Below the pieces are notes generated by a model. The model worked only from the letters and a program-made list of their open reading frames with translations, did no database searches and was not told the origin of the DNA. Position numbers and translations under genes: made by a program. This document shows, one piece after another, positions 1 to 9,214 of a stretch of DNA of 64,000 bases (the first letter of the stretch is position 1; every line of letters starts with the position of its first letter). Where the stretch lies: positions 124,001 to 188,000 of the IMG/VR virus record IMGVR_UViG_3300043446_005562. One strand, given 5' to 3'.

Positions 1-2
1 GA

Positions 3-632
3 GCTGAATTCCTAAGAACTCAGCTTTCTCAAAAGTATCCAGATAATGCAGGCCGAGACACCGCAGACCTCTTTGCTGAAAAATCAGCCTTACAGGCAGA
101 ATTTGGCAGAATTGTGTGCATTTCATTCGGTAAGGTCAAATTTAACGAGGATGGAGAGCCAAGCGCACAAATCGTTTCATATACTGGCTCCGAAGAAGAG
201 ATCCTAACAAATGCTTTCAAACTTATTAGCGGTCTAACCAAACAAGGCAGTAAATTACTAGGTCACAATATTAAAAGATTTGATATTCCATTCCTGTGCA
301 AACGAGCCTTCATTAATCGAATTGAGGTTCCAGCTGCTCTTCAGGTCTGGGATCGTAAGCCTTGGGAAATTCCAGTGGTCGATACCTCAGAATTATGGAG
401 CTTTGGCGCATGGCAGGAGGGTTTCACCTCACTTGATCTGCTCTCAGCCGTTTTGGGAATTCCTTCACCAAAGGACGAGATGCAAGGCTCACAGGTTCAT
501 TCCGAGTTTTACGCTGGCAATATTTTAGAGATTCAAAAATACTGTCAAAAAGACGTTATCTCCTTAATAAAGATAATTCTTTCGCTTGCAAACCTAAACC
601 AAGTGGAAGAATCTAATATAATAATCAAGTAA
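3..632 (+). CDS. 3'-5' exonuclease related to the PolB proofreading domain (5'-partial)
   Basis: Frame is open back to the window edge (AEFLRTQ...AEFGRIVCISFG). DEDD-type motifs GHNIKRFDIPFL, DT..W and YCQKDV resemble the stand-alone PolB-exo-like family common in Bacteroidota. Confidence 0.8.
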   Translation, partial: AEFLRTQLSQKYPDNAGRDTADLFAEKSALQAEFGRIVCISFGKVKFNEDGEPSAQIVSYTGSEEEILTNAFKLISGLTKQGSKLLGHNIKRFDIPFLCKRAFINRIEVPAALQVWDRKPWEIPVVDTSELWSFGAWQEGFTSLDLLSAVLGIPSPKDEMQGSQVHSEFYAGNILEIQKYCQKDVISLIKIILSLANLNQVEESNIIIK

Positions 633-646
633 AATAACCAAATTAG

Positions 647-2227
647 ATGAAAGAAATCATTTTTAAGACTGATGCTAGAACTCAGTTAGGTAATGGAATC
701 AATGCTCTAGCTGAAGCCGTTAAAGTGACACTTGGTCCACGTGGCCGCAATGTTGTCATCTCACGCGATAACAGTGTTGCTATAACAAAAGACGGAGTGA
801 CCGTTGCTAGGGAAGTACATTTAGAAAATAACTTAGAGAACGTTGGAGCCCAGATGGTGAAACAGGTCGCAAACAAAGTTGCAATCGAAGCTGGTGACGG
901 TACCACAACTGCGACGGTATTGGCTCATGCTATTTTTAACGAGGGTAATAAACTTGTTGTAGCTGGAACACACCCAATGGAACTTAAAAAGGGAATTGAA
1001 CTTGCCTCAAAGCAAATCATTGAATCTCTAAAATCTCAAGCCATCATGGTTGAAGACTTTGCAACAATCAAACAGGTTGCAACAATCTCAGCCAATAATG
1101 ATGAAGAGATCGGACAAATTATAGCTGACGCAATGGAGGCTGTGGGTTTTGATGGAATCATTACAACCGGTGAGAGTAAAACTGGGGAAACCTATGTTGA
1201 ATTAGTTGAAGGTATGCAATTTACAAGCGGCTATCTTTCGCCGTACTTCATCAATACCGAAAAATCCACAGTTGAATTTGACAAACCTCTTATTCTACTG
1301 TATGACGGCCGTATCACAAATTTACAAGACTGCTTGCAGTACTTGGAACACTCAAACAAATCAATGCGCCCGTTACTAATCATTAGCGAGAGCGTTGATG
1401 GTGAAGCCCTAAATACCCTATTGGTCAATAAGATCAAGGGAACTCTTAGAGTTGCTGCCGTAAAATCACCAGGCTTTGGCGATCAACGTAAATTAAAACT
1501 AGACGATATTGCCGTTTTAACCGGTGCAAAAACCGTATCTGAAATGGAAGGAGATACTCTAAAAGAGTCAATCGCTGCTAATTTTGTTGGTAGTTGTGAT
1601 CGAGTTGTGATTACCAACGATTCAACAATGATTATCGGCGGTCACGGCCAATCTTCTAAAATTGAGGCACACGTTAAAGATCTTGAAGCACAAATTGAGA
1701 ATCAAACGGACGACTCTAAAAAGTTGGTACTAAAGGAGCGCCTTTCTAAATTTAAAGGTGGAGTTGCAATCATCAAGATTGGTGCAACCTCTGAAATTGA
1801 AGCTCGCGAAAAATTCGACAGAATTGATGATGCGCTAGGCGCAACCCGATCAGCTGTGTCAGAGGGAATCATTCCAGGTGGAGGTATCACTCTTGCGCTA
1901 ACCGCCGATTCTTTAACCATTAATTTACCAAATCGCGAACAGCAACTTGGTGTAGAATTATTAAAACGGGCATGCCAGCAACCATTTAGAGTTATTTTAG
2001 AAAATGCAGGTCTTAGCCCAGACGTTGTTTGGAATGAAATTAAAGCCAAGGGCCTAGGTTTCAATGTTAAAAACGAAGAGTACGTTGACATGATCCAGGC
2101 TGGAATTATTGACCCAGTTAAGGTCACAAAAACTGCTCTTGAGAACGCAGTTTCAATTTCAGCTCTGTTATTGACAACTGACTGTTTAATGGTACAAAAA
2201 ACTCAAGTGAACCCACAAGTTCAATAG
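647..2227 (+). CDS. groEL: Group I chaperonin GroEL
   Basis: VKVTLGPRGRNV, ITKDGVTVA, AGDGTTTATVLA, VKSPGFGD, GIIDPVKVT; 526 aa; lacks the GGM tail. Confidence 0.97.
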   Translation: MKEIIFKTDARTQLGNGINALAEAVKVTLGPRGRNVVISRDNSVAITKDGVTVAREVHLENNLENVGAQMVKQVANKVAIEAGDGTTTATVLAHAIFNEGNKLVVAGTHPMELKKGIELASKQIIESLKSQAIMVEDFATIKQVATISANNDEEIGQIIADAMEAVGFDGIITTGESKTGETYVELVEGMQFTSGYLSPYFINTEKSTVEFDKPLILLYDGRITNLQDCLQYLEHSNKSMRPLLIISESVDGEALNTLLVNKIKGTLRVAAVKSPGFGDQRKLKLDDIAVLTGAKTVSEMEGDTLKESIAANFVGSCDRVVITNDSTMIIGGHGQSSKIEAHVKDLEAQIENQTDDSKKLVLKERLSKFKGGVAIIKIGATSEIEAREKFDRIDDALGATRSAVSEGIIPGGGITLALTADSLTINLPNREQQLGVELLKRACQQPFRVILENAGLSPDVVWNEIKAKGLGFNVKNEEYVDMIQAGIIDPVKVTKTALENAVSISALLLTTDCLMVQKTQVNPQVQ

Positions 2228-2242
2228 TCAATAGCCATCGAC

Positions 2243-2288
2243 GAGTAATACGCCTGGGTCAGTAACTTGCCTGGGCGTTTGCTTTTTT
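2243..2288 (+). terminator. Probable intrinsic terminator after groEL
   Basis: Hairpin ACGCCTGGG...CCTGGGCGT (with G-U pairs) followed by TTGCTTTTTT. Confidence 0.55.
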
Positions 2289-2321
2289 AAAGGCGTCGAT
2301 AGATAAAATAAACACAAGTAG

Positions 2322-5300
2322 ATGGCGCAAAATACGCTATTCAAAGAGCTAATAAAACAGGTTTCATGTGAGGCAATCAAGGCCCCAAGCTTTACCCAAG
2401 ATGACCTTGATAAGGTAAAGGCCTGTATTAGTAATGTGACTCCTCCGCCAAGACCTCCGCTTGAAATTCCAGCAGAGTCCGATGAGATAAATTGTGTGCC
2501 AACCGCAACCGAACAGGTCAAACAGATAATTGCAGCAGAGCAGAAAAAAATGCCAATTGCAATTCGAAAATCTATTGTCAAGGCCAAGGTGCAGGAGGTC
2601 AAAGATAATTTAGTACCCATTAAAGCCTACTTTGATGCTCGATACGATTTTTACACAGCAACAATTGAAGCAGTCGAACCTTTTACTCTACAGTATCGAT
2701 ATTGGACAGATGAGTTTAATCGACTAAAGGCTTTAGCTGATTCCAAGTACTTACTAGCACGCAATCAGTATCCAAGCATAACTCCAAGCCAAGAACTTGC
2801 AATCACCGCAATTAGCTCAGCATTTCAATCCCCATCGGCCTACTCCCAGCTCATCATTGATTTAAAGGCAGATCTTTCTAATTTTGACTATTTTTACCAA
2901 TCAGCAACATTCAGCTCTCAAATATTGAATCCAGAGGCTATCGCCTCATTAGCCAGTAACCAGCCCTTTAAAAACTGGCTGGTCTATGTTAAAGCAGCAG
3001 CAGCAGCCTATCTTAAAATGGAAGTTGCAATCTCAGCTGCGGCCAATGCCCAAAATCAAAATATACAAACCCTTGCGCCACTTACCGGAACCGCAACCTC
3101 AATTAAATTACAACTACAACAGGCTTTTCAAAAAATATCAAATCAATTAATCGTTAGTTACTCAAACAATGGAGAAACTATAAATGGATTAACCGTGCCG
3201 GGTCGAACTTTGGGAGTCACACTGCGGCTTATTGACCAACAGGTTGTCAAAACCAAATTGCCAGTCATTCATGATGACGGTACGACCGAACAGGTTGATG
3301 CATTTTTACCAATTAAAGACAGCCAAGATTTAACCGAGAATATTTTTGACAAGCAATTGAGCTGTTTTAAAATATTCAATGTCAATAAGTACGACCCAGA
3401 ATCACCTCTTCAATTTTTGCCAGGAACAGGCGAGCTAGTCACCCAAGAAGAGTCAGACTATGCTGAGATTCCCGGTCTACTCTATAACGGTAAAATAGAT
3501 GGATCTGAATATGACGGCCTCTACAATAAACTGGCAAAGCCAATTACCAAACTGTTCACGCTGGAAGAGAGAGGTTTGACCACCAATCCTAATCAAATAG
3601 ACCCAGTCTTGGCATTAACAAAAGACGCACCGGTCTCAATCAAGCAAGATGAAATTCAATTCTATATAGCAAATCAAAAAACCTATGAAAAGTTCTTTGA
3701 AAATCTAGATACTGAGTATCCAAAGAGACTCAAAAACGAACTCGAAGAAGTCTATCCCGGAGAAATAGCCGGGCCAATCGCAGATCTCAAGTTACTGGCT
3801 CAACGTGAAGCAGCTCAAGTGTTTAGAGCACAGCCCAACACCTTTCTTGGTTTTGCTAGACCGACAAGCTATACATCAAACCCAGGTTCAAATATCTACA
3901 CAACCGCGACCTTTGAATACTCGGAGGTAAATCAATTTCTATCAGAAAGACTTGAATACTACACACGGGCAAAGCAAGAGGTTGATGAACTCTTTGCAAT
4001 GTGTGAAGCTGAATTGGTGCAACTACAAGCGGGTATTGAAGAAAACTCAATGACCGAAGCCAAGCTTTCCAAACTAATCTTGGAAATTCCATGCTTTGCA
4101 GCTAAGAAACCAAAACAAGATCCAGACTGTGAGGCCAAGACCCTTGCAAAACTTGGAAAGGATCCACTTGCAATTAGAACGCTTGGTGGAAATGACGGCT
4201 CATTACCAGATTACACGTCTATGTGCTATTGGCGAGAATTCACAAAATCATTAAATCAAGTTTCGATATTACCATTTCCGGATTTATCTGGCCCGCCGCC
4301 TGCCAATTTAGCATTCAGGTATTGGCCAATTTCCTGTATTCTACCGGTTGGAGTGGGCCTTGCGCTAATTCCATTACCTCAAAAATTTAAACCTCTATTT
4401 GTTTTACCAACGCCATTAGGTACTCTTGTCTGCCTTTTAACAATGCCGGCTGCTCCAATTGGAATACCTTTACCATCGGTTCACCTATTTTATTTTGCGC
4501 CAGACACAAGCAAGTACCTAATTGCGAGTCCAAACTTTCCATTGCTATTTTCAGATCCATCTGCTAAAACTTTAAAATTTGGATTTGAATTAGATGAATC
4601 ACCTGCCTCAATAAATCCGTTGGGCCTAAATCCAGCAAATGCGTATAAAGGTCAATTTGTTAAAGGCTCTATTCAAGTACCAGTTGCTGTGCAGGCTGCA
4701 ATTGAAAAGAGCAAAAGGCTTGCAGAAATAGCCGCTTTGATTGCAAGAGGAGAAATTCCCGATATTTTACCTGGCGCCTATGAAGAGATTTTATCTCTTC
4801 TATCGATTCCTCAAAGTAAAGAATTTTCCCTATTAGTAAAAGAATTTCAAAAAGATGCAAATCGTCAAATCGATAGACTTGGTGATATGCAGACCACTGC
4901 TATTGAAAATTTAAAAATAAAATTACAGCAAATAAAACAGACGGCCCTAGATAAAACTCTAGGTGAAAAGGACCCAGCAACTAGGGAAAAAACCAGAAAT
5001 GAGATCAATGATTTGCTTTTTTACAGTCAATTAACCGTCAATGACGCGGTTGCTGCCGCTCAGGAATCTTTTGAAAAGTGGTTTGACAATATTAAATTTG
5101 GAACCCTAACCTATCCCAAGGACGCTACTAAACACAATCCGGAATTACCAAAATGGGCAAAGGCAACTCTTGATCTAATTGAAGCCTATGCTCGTGGAGA
5201 ATTTGAAATTGAAAGCACCACTCTCAATAAAAAATTAAAAAAGGTAATTAGTCAAATTGACATAAAAAAATTCGTTAAAAAAACCGAATTTAATTTAGAT

Positions 5301-6800
5301 CTTGAGGAGGATTTGCTTGAATTCAAGGAGGCACTAAAGACTCTTGCAAAAAAGGGAATTGATTATTTAAAAGGAGATGATGTTGATACCCAAATAGATG
5401 AGAGTCTATCTAAAGAAGAACAGGAAAAGCAGAGAGCTGCTGCAAAGGCAATTCAAGAAAATGTTGCAAAATACATTAAATTAACAAAGCTCGCAGTCAG
5501 TATTCCAATTCCAGTTCCGACATTTGATCTAGCAAAGCCATGCTGCTCAACTCCACCTCCACCCGAGCCCCTAATTGATCCAGCAATTACTGCAGCCTTT
5601 TTACTCATAACTTCTCTAATTGAGGCTCTAATTGATAGTATGAATGCTGACGATATCATCAAATCTTTGGGTTTGCCAAACGGTAAGGTGAGCGCGCAAA
5701 TAATATTTGATTATCTAGATTCAATACTTGCATCAATGCCAGAGGTTCCATTTCCGGATCCAGCTAGCATAATTGATATTTACAAACATACAGTTTTACC
5801 AGTATTAACTGCAACAAGTTTACCGAAAGCGCCAAATCCATTACATTCGCCGGTTATTCCAATAATTATTCCATTGGATCCAATTCTTAAACCTCTAATA
5901 AAAGTTGCAATTGCGCTGCTACTTGAAGCCATTATTAAGTTGCTGTTTAGAGCCGGCGAAGCCCTAACCGATTCAGCAAAAAGGGCCGCAAACGCAGTCA
6001 GAACTGATTCAAAACTTTTAACTCAAATATTTACAGAAGCCTGTGGAGATAGTGGAATGACCGCAACCTTAACCATGACAACTTCATCGACTACAACAGC
6101 TTCATCCGCAACGGCATCGATATCAATTACAACACCAGACGGATTCAAGTTCACTTTACCTGAAATTCCTCAATTTGCTATTGATATATTCAAATACTTT
6201 GAATTATTGAGCAGCGCTGATCTAATTGAATTCATTAGACTAATGATAAACAAGCTATTTGATCAATTTTTAAATCCAATTGCTACAATTGCAGATACTA
6301 TTTCCGCAATCGCAAAAGCAATAGACTCTTCTAGTTACCAGACAATTGAGGCCGGTATTCCCCAGCTGACAATACTTAAGCTTATAAAAATGAAGTTGGA
6401 GTCAGAGATTCCAAAATTCTTAAAATTAAAAGTTATTAGTCCAGAAATAAATGCACTAATTAAATTGTCAATAATTCCTGCCTTGACCATTGCGGAGCCA
6501 GTATTGGCACCAACTGCATGGATTGGAGTTTTAGCACTATGTGCTTTTGCGCCACCTCCAACCTATAATACTGTGACATTTGCCCGGGCAATTCATCCAA
6601 TCTTGAATCAAGACGATTTGCCTCCTTGGGAAAGACTAACTCACAAAAATCCACTGTTTGCAATTTTTCTAGATGAAATTGCTTGGAGGACATCGATTTA
6701 TTCAACAGGTTCCTTGATATTTCAAACCAAGACACCAGCGGTTCTGCCTTACACACCAATTTTTCCAATTGTTCATATTTCACCGCATTTGGCCGGATAA
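2322..6800 (+). CDS. Large hypothetical protein (1492 aa), possibly virion-associated
   Basis: Long ORF with coiled-coil stretches and Pro-rich hydrophobic blocks; no recognisable catalytic motif; near-consensus late box GATAGATAA at 2298-2306. Confidence 0.6.
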   Translation: MAQNTLFKELIKQVSCEAIKAPSFTQDDLDKVKACISNVTPPPRPPLEIPAESDEINCVPTATEQVKQIIAAEQKKMPIAIRKSIVKAKVQEVKDNLVPIKAYFDARYDFYTATIEAVEPFTLQYRYWTDEFNRLKALADSKYLLARNQYPSITPSQELAITAISSAFQSPSAYSQLIIDLKADLSNFDYFYQSATFSSQILNPEAIASLASNQPFKNWLVYVKAAAAAYLKMEVAISAAANAQNQNIQTLAPLTGTATSIKLQLQQAFQKISNQLIVSYSNNGETINGLTVPGRTLGVTLRLIDQQVVKTKLPVIHDDGTTEQVDAFLPIKDSQDLTENIFDKQLSCFKIFNVNKYDPESPLQFLPGTGELVTQEESDYAEIPGLLYNGKIDGSEYDGLYNKLAKPITKLFTLEERGLTTNPNQIDPVLALTKDAPVSIKQDEIQFYIANQKTYEKFFENLDTEYPKRLKNELEEVYPGEIAGPIADLKLLAQREAAQVFRAQPNTFLGFARPTSYTSNPGSNIYTTATFEYSEVNQFLSERLEYYTRAKQEVDELFAMCEAELVQLQAGIEENSMTEAKLSKLILEIPCFAAKKPKQDPDCEAKTLAKLGKDPLAIRTLGGNDGSLPDYTSMCYWREFTKSLNQVSILPFPDLSGPPPANLAFRYWPISCILPVGVGLALIPLPQKFKPLFVLPTPLGTLVCLLTMPAAPIGIPLPSVHLFYFAPDTSKYLIASPNFPLLFSDPSAKTLKFGFELDESPASINPLGLNPANAYKGQFVKGSIQVPVAVQAAIEKSKRLAEIAALIARGEIPDILPGAYEEILSLLSIPQSKEFSLLVKEFQKDANRQIDRLGDMQTTAIENLKIKLQQIKQTALDKTLGEKDPATREKTRNEINDLLFYSQLTVNDAVAAAQESFEKWFDNIKFGTLTYPKDATKHNPELPKWAKATLDLIEAYARGEFEIESTTLNKKLKKVISQIDIKKFVKKTEFNLDLEEDLLEFKEALKTLAKKGIDYLKGDDVDTQIDESLSKEEQEKQRAAAKAIQENVAKYIKLTKLAVSIPIPVPTFDLAKPCCSTPPPPEPLIDPAITAAFLLITSLIEALIDSMNADDIIKSLGLPNGKVSAQIIFDYLDSILASMPEVPFPDPASIIDIYKHTVLPVLTATSLPKAPNPLHSPVIPIIIPLDPILKPLIKVAIALLLEAIIKLLFRAGEALTDSAKRAANAVRTDSKLLTQIFTEACGDSGMTATLTMTTSSTTTASSATASISITTPDGFKFTLPEIPQFAIDIFKYFELLSSADLIEFIRLMINKLFDQFLNPIATIADTISAIAKAIDSSSYQTIEAGIPQLTILKLIKMKLESEIPKFLKLKVISPEINALIKLSIIPALTIAEPVLAPTAWIGVLALCAFAPPPTYNTVTFARAIHPILNQDDLPPWERLTHKNPLFAIFLDEIAWRTSIYSTGSLIFQTKTPAVLPYTPIFPIVHISPHLAG

Positions 6801-6814
6801 TTAGGCATTTTTTA

Positions 6815-6841
6815 AAACCAGAGGTGAAATCTCTGTATAAT
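6815..6841 (+). promoter_or_regulatory. Early/middle promoter (AAAC-N17-TATAAT) for the S1-like gene
   Basis: One of 7 copies with identical 17-nt spacing upstream of non-structural genes. Confidence 0.7.
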
Positions 6842-6869
6842 TTATTACTTAACACTCAAAAAATACAGA

Positions 6870-8051
6870 ATGGAAAACACCCAATTCACGCCGGAAGAAC
6901 TAGACGCCCTGTTCAACCAATCTACGTCCAAGTACAACACATCAGTTAAAATAACTGAGGCTGATCGTCGAGACGGGGTTAGAGTTCTATGCAAAGAGCC
7001 CTATGCTCAAGAACTTTATGACCTCTATTCAAAATACGATGGAGGCTCCCAATTTACATCCAAGGACTTTACAGTCGGTCAATTATGTTCAGTTATAGCA
7101 AAGAGCATTGACTTTGAAAATAAAGTAATCATTGCTGACGAAAAATTCTCAAAATCAACAATCTTTATTCCTTTCCGTGAATTTACTGAGGAACCATCTC
7201 TGCTACTCCACGATGGAGATCTTAGAGAATTCAAAGTAGTAATCACCAGAGCAGAGGCAGGCGATTATTTGGGTTCAGAAAGACGTTGCGCAGCCATAAC
7301 CTATAGAGATAATCTAAACAGCTTCATGAAAGAAGATAAGTGGTTCTACGTTAAAGTAACAAGCCTAGTAAAAGGAGGCTATCTTGCGCTTTACAAAGGA
7401 ACAGTTAAATGTTTCTTACCAGGTTCGCATGCAGCGGCTAACGTAATCCGAGACTTTAATGATTACTTGAATACTGAAATTCCAGTAATGATTGAGAATT
7501 TCGATGCAGCAAATGATCTATTCATTGTCTCTTACAAGAAATATATCAAACACACTCTACCTCAAAAGGTTTACGAATTGGAATTTGGTAAAGAGTACAC
7601 AGGTATTCTAACCAATAATCCTTATGATTTTGGAATATTTGTTGAGTTTCAAAATTATTACACAGGTCTTATCCACAAAAGCGAATTTGAAAACTATGCA
7701 GACTTTGCAAATGGCCGTAAATCCGGCGATGAAATCAAATTTTACATCAAGGATATCATCATTAAAAAGGGAGAGCCTAGAATTGTTCTGACTGACTCTC
7801 TAGATAAAGTTGATCACGAAAAGGTTCAATGGCAATCTTTAAAAGACCGAGTAGAGGGTCATACTTTAAACTTCACTCTGGACAAAGAGGACTTTGCTCT
7901 TGAATTAGAGATGCCAGATGAAGATTTGATCTTTAGAACTGACGTAAGTCACCTTAAGGGCAGAATTCGAATACCGGAGTCCGGCCAGGTTAAAATTGTG
8001 CGAGTTGACACTTTTAGAAAAAATTTAAAATTTGATTTCCTACAGGCTTAG
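6870..8051 (+). CDS. Ribosomal protein S1-like multi-S1-domain RNA-binding protein
   Basis: Tandem S1/OB repeats: VKGGYLALYKGTVKCFLPGSH...FIVSYK (RpsA D2-like) and DFGIFVEFQNYYTGLIHKSEF (D3-like), preceded by a D1-like domain (IFIPFREF). Confidence 0.8.
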   Translation: MENTQFTPEELDALFNQSTSKYNTSVKITEADRRDGVRVLCKEPYAQELYDLYSKYDGGSQFTSKDFTVGQLCSVIAKSIDFENKVIIADEKFSKSTIFIPFREFTEEPSLLLHDGDLREFKVVITRAEAGDYLGSERRCAAITYRDNLNSFMKEDKWFYVKVTSLVKGGYLALYKGTVKCFLPGSHAAANVIRDFNDYLNTEIPVMIENFDAANDLFIVSYKKYIKHTLPQKVYELEFGKEYTGILTNNPYDFGIFVEFQNYYTGLIHKSEFENYADFANGRKSGDEIKFYIKDIIIKKGEPRIVLTDSLDKVDHEKVQWQSLKDRVEGHTLNFTLDKEDFALELEMPDEDLIFRTDVSHLKGRIRIPESGQVKIVRVDTFRKNLKFDFLQA

Positions 8052-8068
8052 TTATAATTTGGTACTTT

Positions 8069-8077
8069 AATAAATAA
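8069..8077 (+). promoter_or_regulatory. Late promoter box AATAAATAA
   Basis: T4 late-like TAAATA core, 5 nt before the ATG at 8083. Confidence 0.6.
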
Positions 8078-8082
8078 CTAAG

Positions 8083-8226
8083 ATGGGTAAGTCAATATTT
8101 AAAACAGAGCTTTCGGGTCAACAGGTTGGTAAAAATCATACCTTAAAACTAAACACTAACCGCCCTTTAAGCACCAGAACTTATACCCAAAACACAAGTA
8201 TTAACCGTAAAATTTATTTAAACTAA
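8083..8226 (+). CDS. Small basic ORF (47 aa, [14 protein letters not shown]...RKIYLN), absent from the ORF track
   Basis: ATG-TAA frame fills the gap between the S1-like gene and nrdB, directly after a late box. Confidence 0.5.
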   Translation: MGKSIFKTELSGQQVGKNHTLKLNTNRPLSTRTYTQNTSINRKIYLN

Positions 8227-8230
8227 AGTG

Positions 8231-9190
8231 ATGGAACCTATTCTAGTAGAGAATCCAAATCGATTCGTTGTCTTCCCAATTCAGCACCATGATCTGTGGG
8301 AATTTTATAAGAAATCTGAGGCGAGTTTTTGGACAGCTGAGGAAATTGATCTAGCTGCTGACCTAGTAGACTGGCGTAACAAATTAAACGATGATGAACG
8401 TCATTTCATTAAACACGTTCTTGCCTTTTTTGCAGCAAGTGACGGTATTGTCAATGAAAACCTAGCGGAAAATTTCGTTAAAGAAGTCCAGTACCCAGAG
8501 GCAAAGTTTTTTTATGGATTTCAGATAATGATGGAGAACATACATTCTGAAACCTATTCATTGCTGATCGACACTTATATTACTGATCCGGAGGAAAAAA
8601 TGAAGCTCTTTAGAGCAATCGACACAATTCCAGCTGTTGCCAAGAAGGCAGACTGGGCTCTACGTTGGATCAAGAATTCAACCTTTCAAGAACGACTTGT
8701 TGCATTTGCAGCAGTTGAAGGAATCTTCTTTTCAGGATCCTTTTGTTCCATATTTTGGCTTAAGAAACGCGGCCTAATGCCAGGATTAAGTTTTTCAAAT
8801 GAACTTATCTCTAGGGATGAGGGCTCGCATACGGATTTTGCAGTTCACCTACACAACAATCACATTGTAAATAAAGTTCCTAAAGACAGAATCAAAGAGA
8901 TCTTGTTGTCTGCTCTAGAAATTGAAAAAGAATTTATTATTGATGCCTTACCAGTTAAATTAATTGGTATGAACTCTGAACTAATGGCTCAATACCTAGA
9001 GTTTGTGACAGATCGATTACTACAAGACCTTGGTTGTGAAAAGGTTTTTAACGTGCAGAATCCATTTGATTTTATGGTAAACATCGCATTGAACGGAAAA
9101 ACCAACTTCTTTGAAAAAAGAGTAGGCGAATATCAAAAAGCTGGTGTAAAAACTGGCGATACAGGTTTTTCAATGGATGCAGATTTTTAA
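8231..9190 (+). CDS. nrdB: Ribonucleotide reductase class Ia beta subunit
   Basis: [59 protein letters not shown]. Confidence 0.97.
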   Translation: MEPILVENPNRFVVFPIQHHDLWEFYKKSEASFWTAEEIDLAADLVDWRNKLNDDERHFIKHVLAFFAASDGIVNENLAENFVKEVQYPEAKFFYGFQIMMENIHSETYSLLIDTYITDPEEKMKLFRAIDTIPAVAKKADWALRWIKNSTFQERLVAFAAVEGIFFSGSFCSIFWLKKRGLMPGLSFSNELISRDEGSHTDFAVHLHNNHIVNKVPKDRIKEILLSALEIEKEFIIDALPVKLIGMNSELMAQYLEFVTDRLLQDLGCEKVFNVQNPFDFMVNIALNGKTNFFEKRVGEYQKAGVKTGDTGFSMDADF

Positions 9191-9214
9191 CAATAAAAAA
9201 CAAGGATTTAAGAA

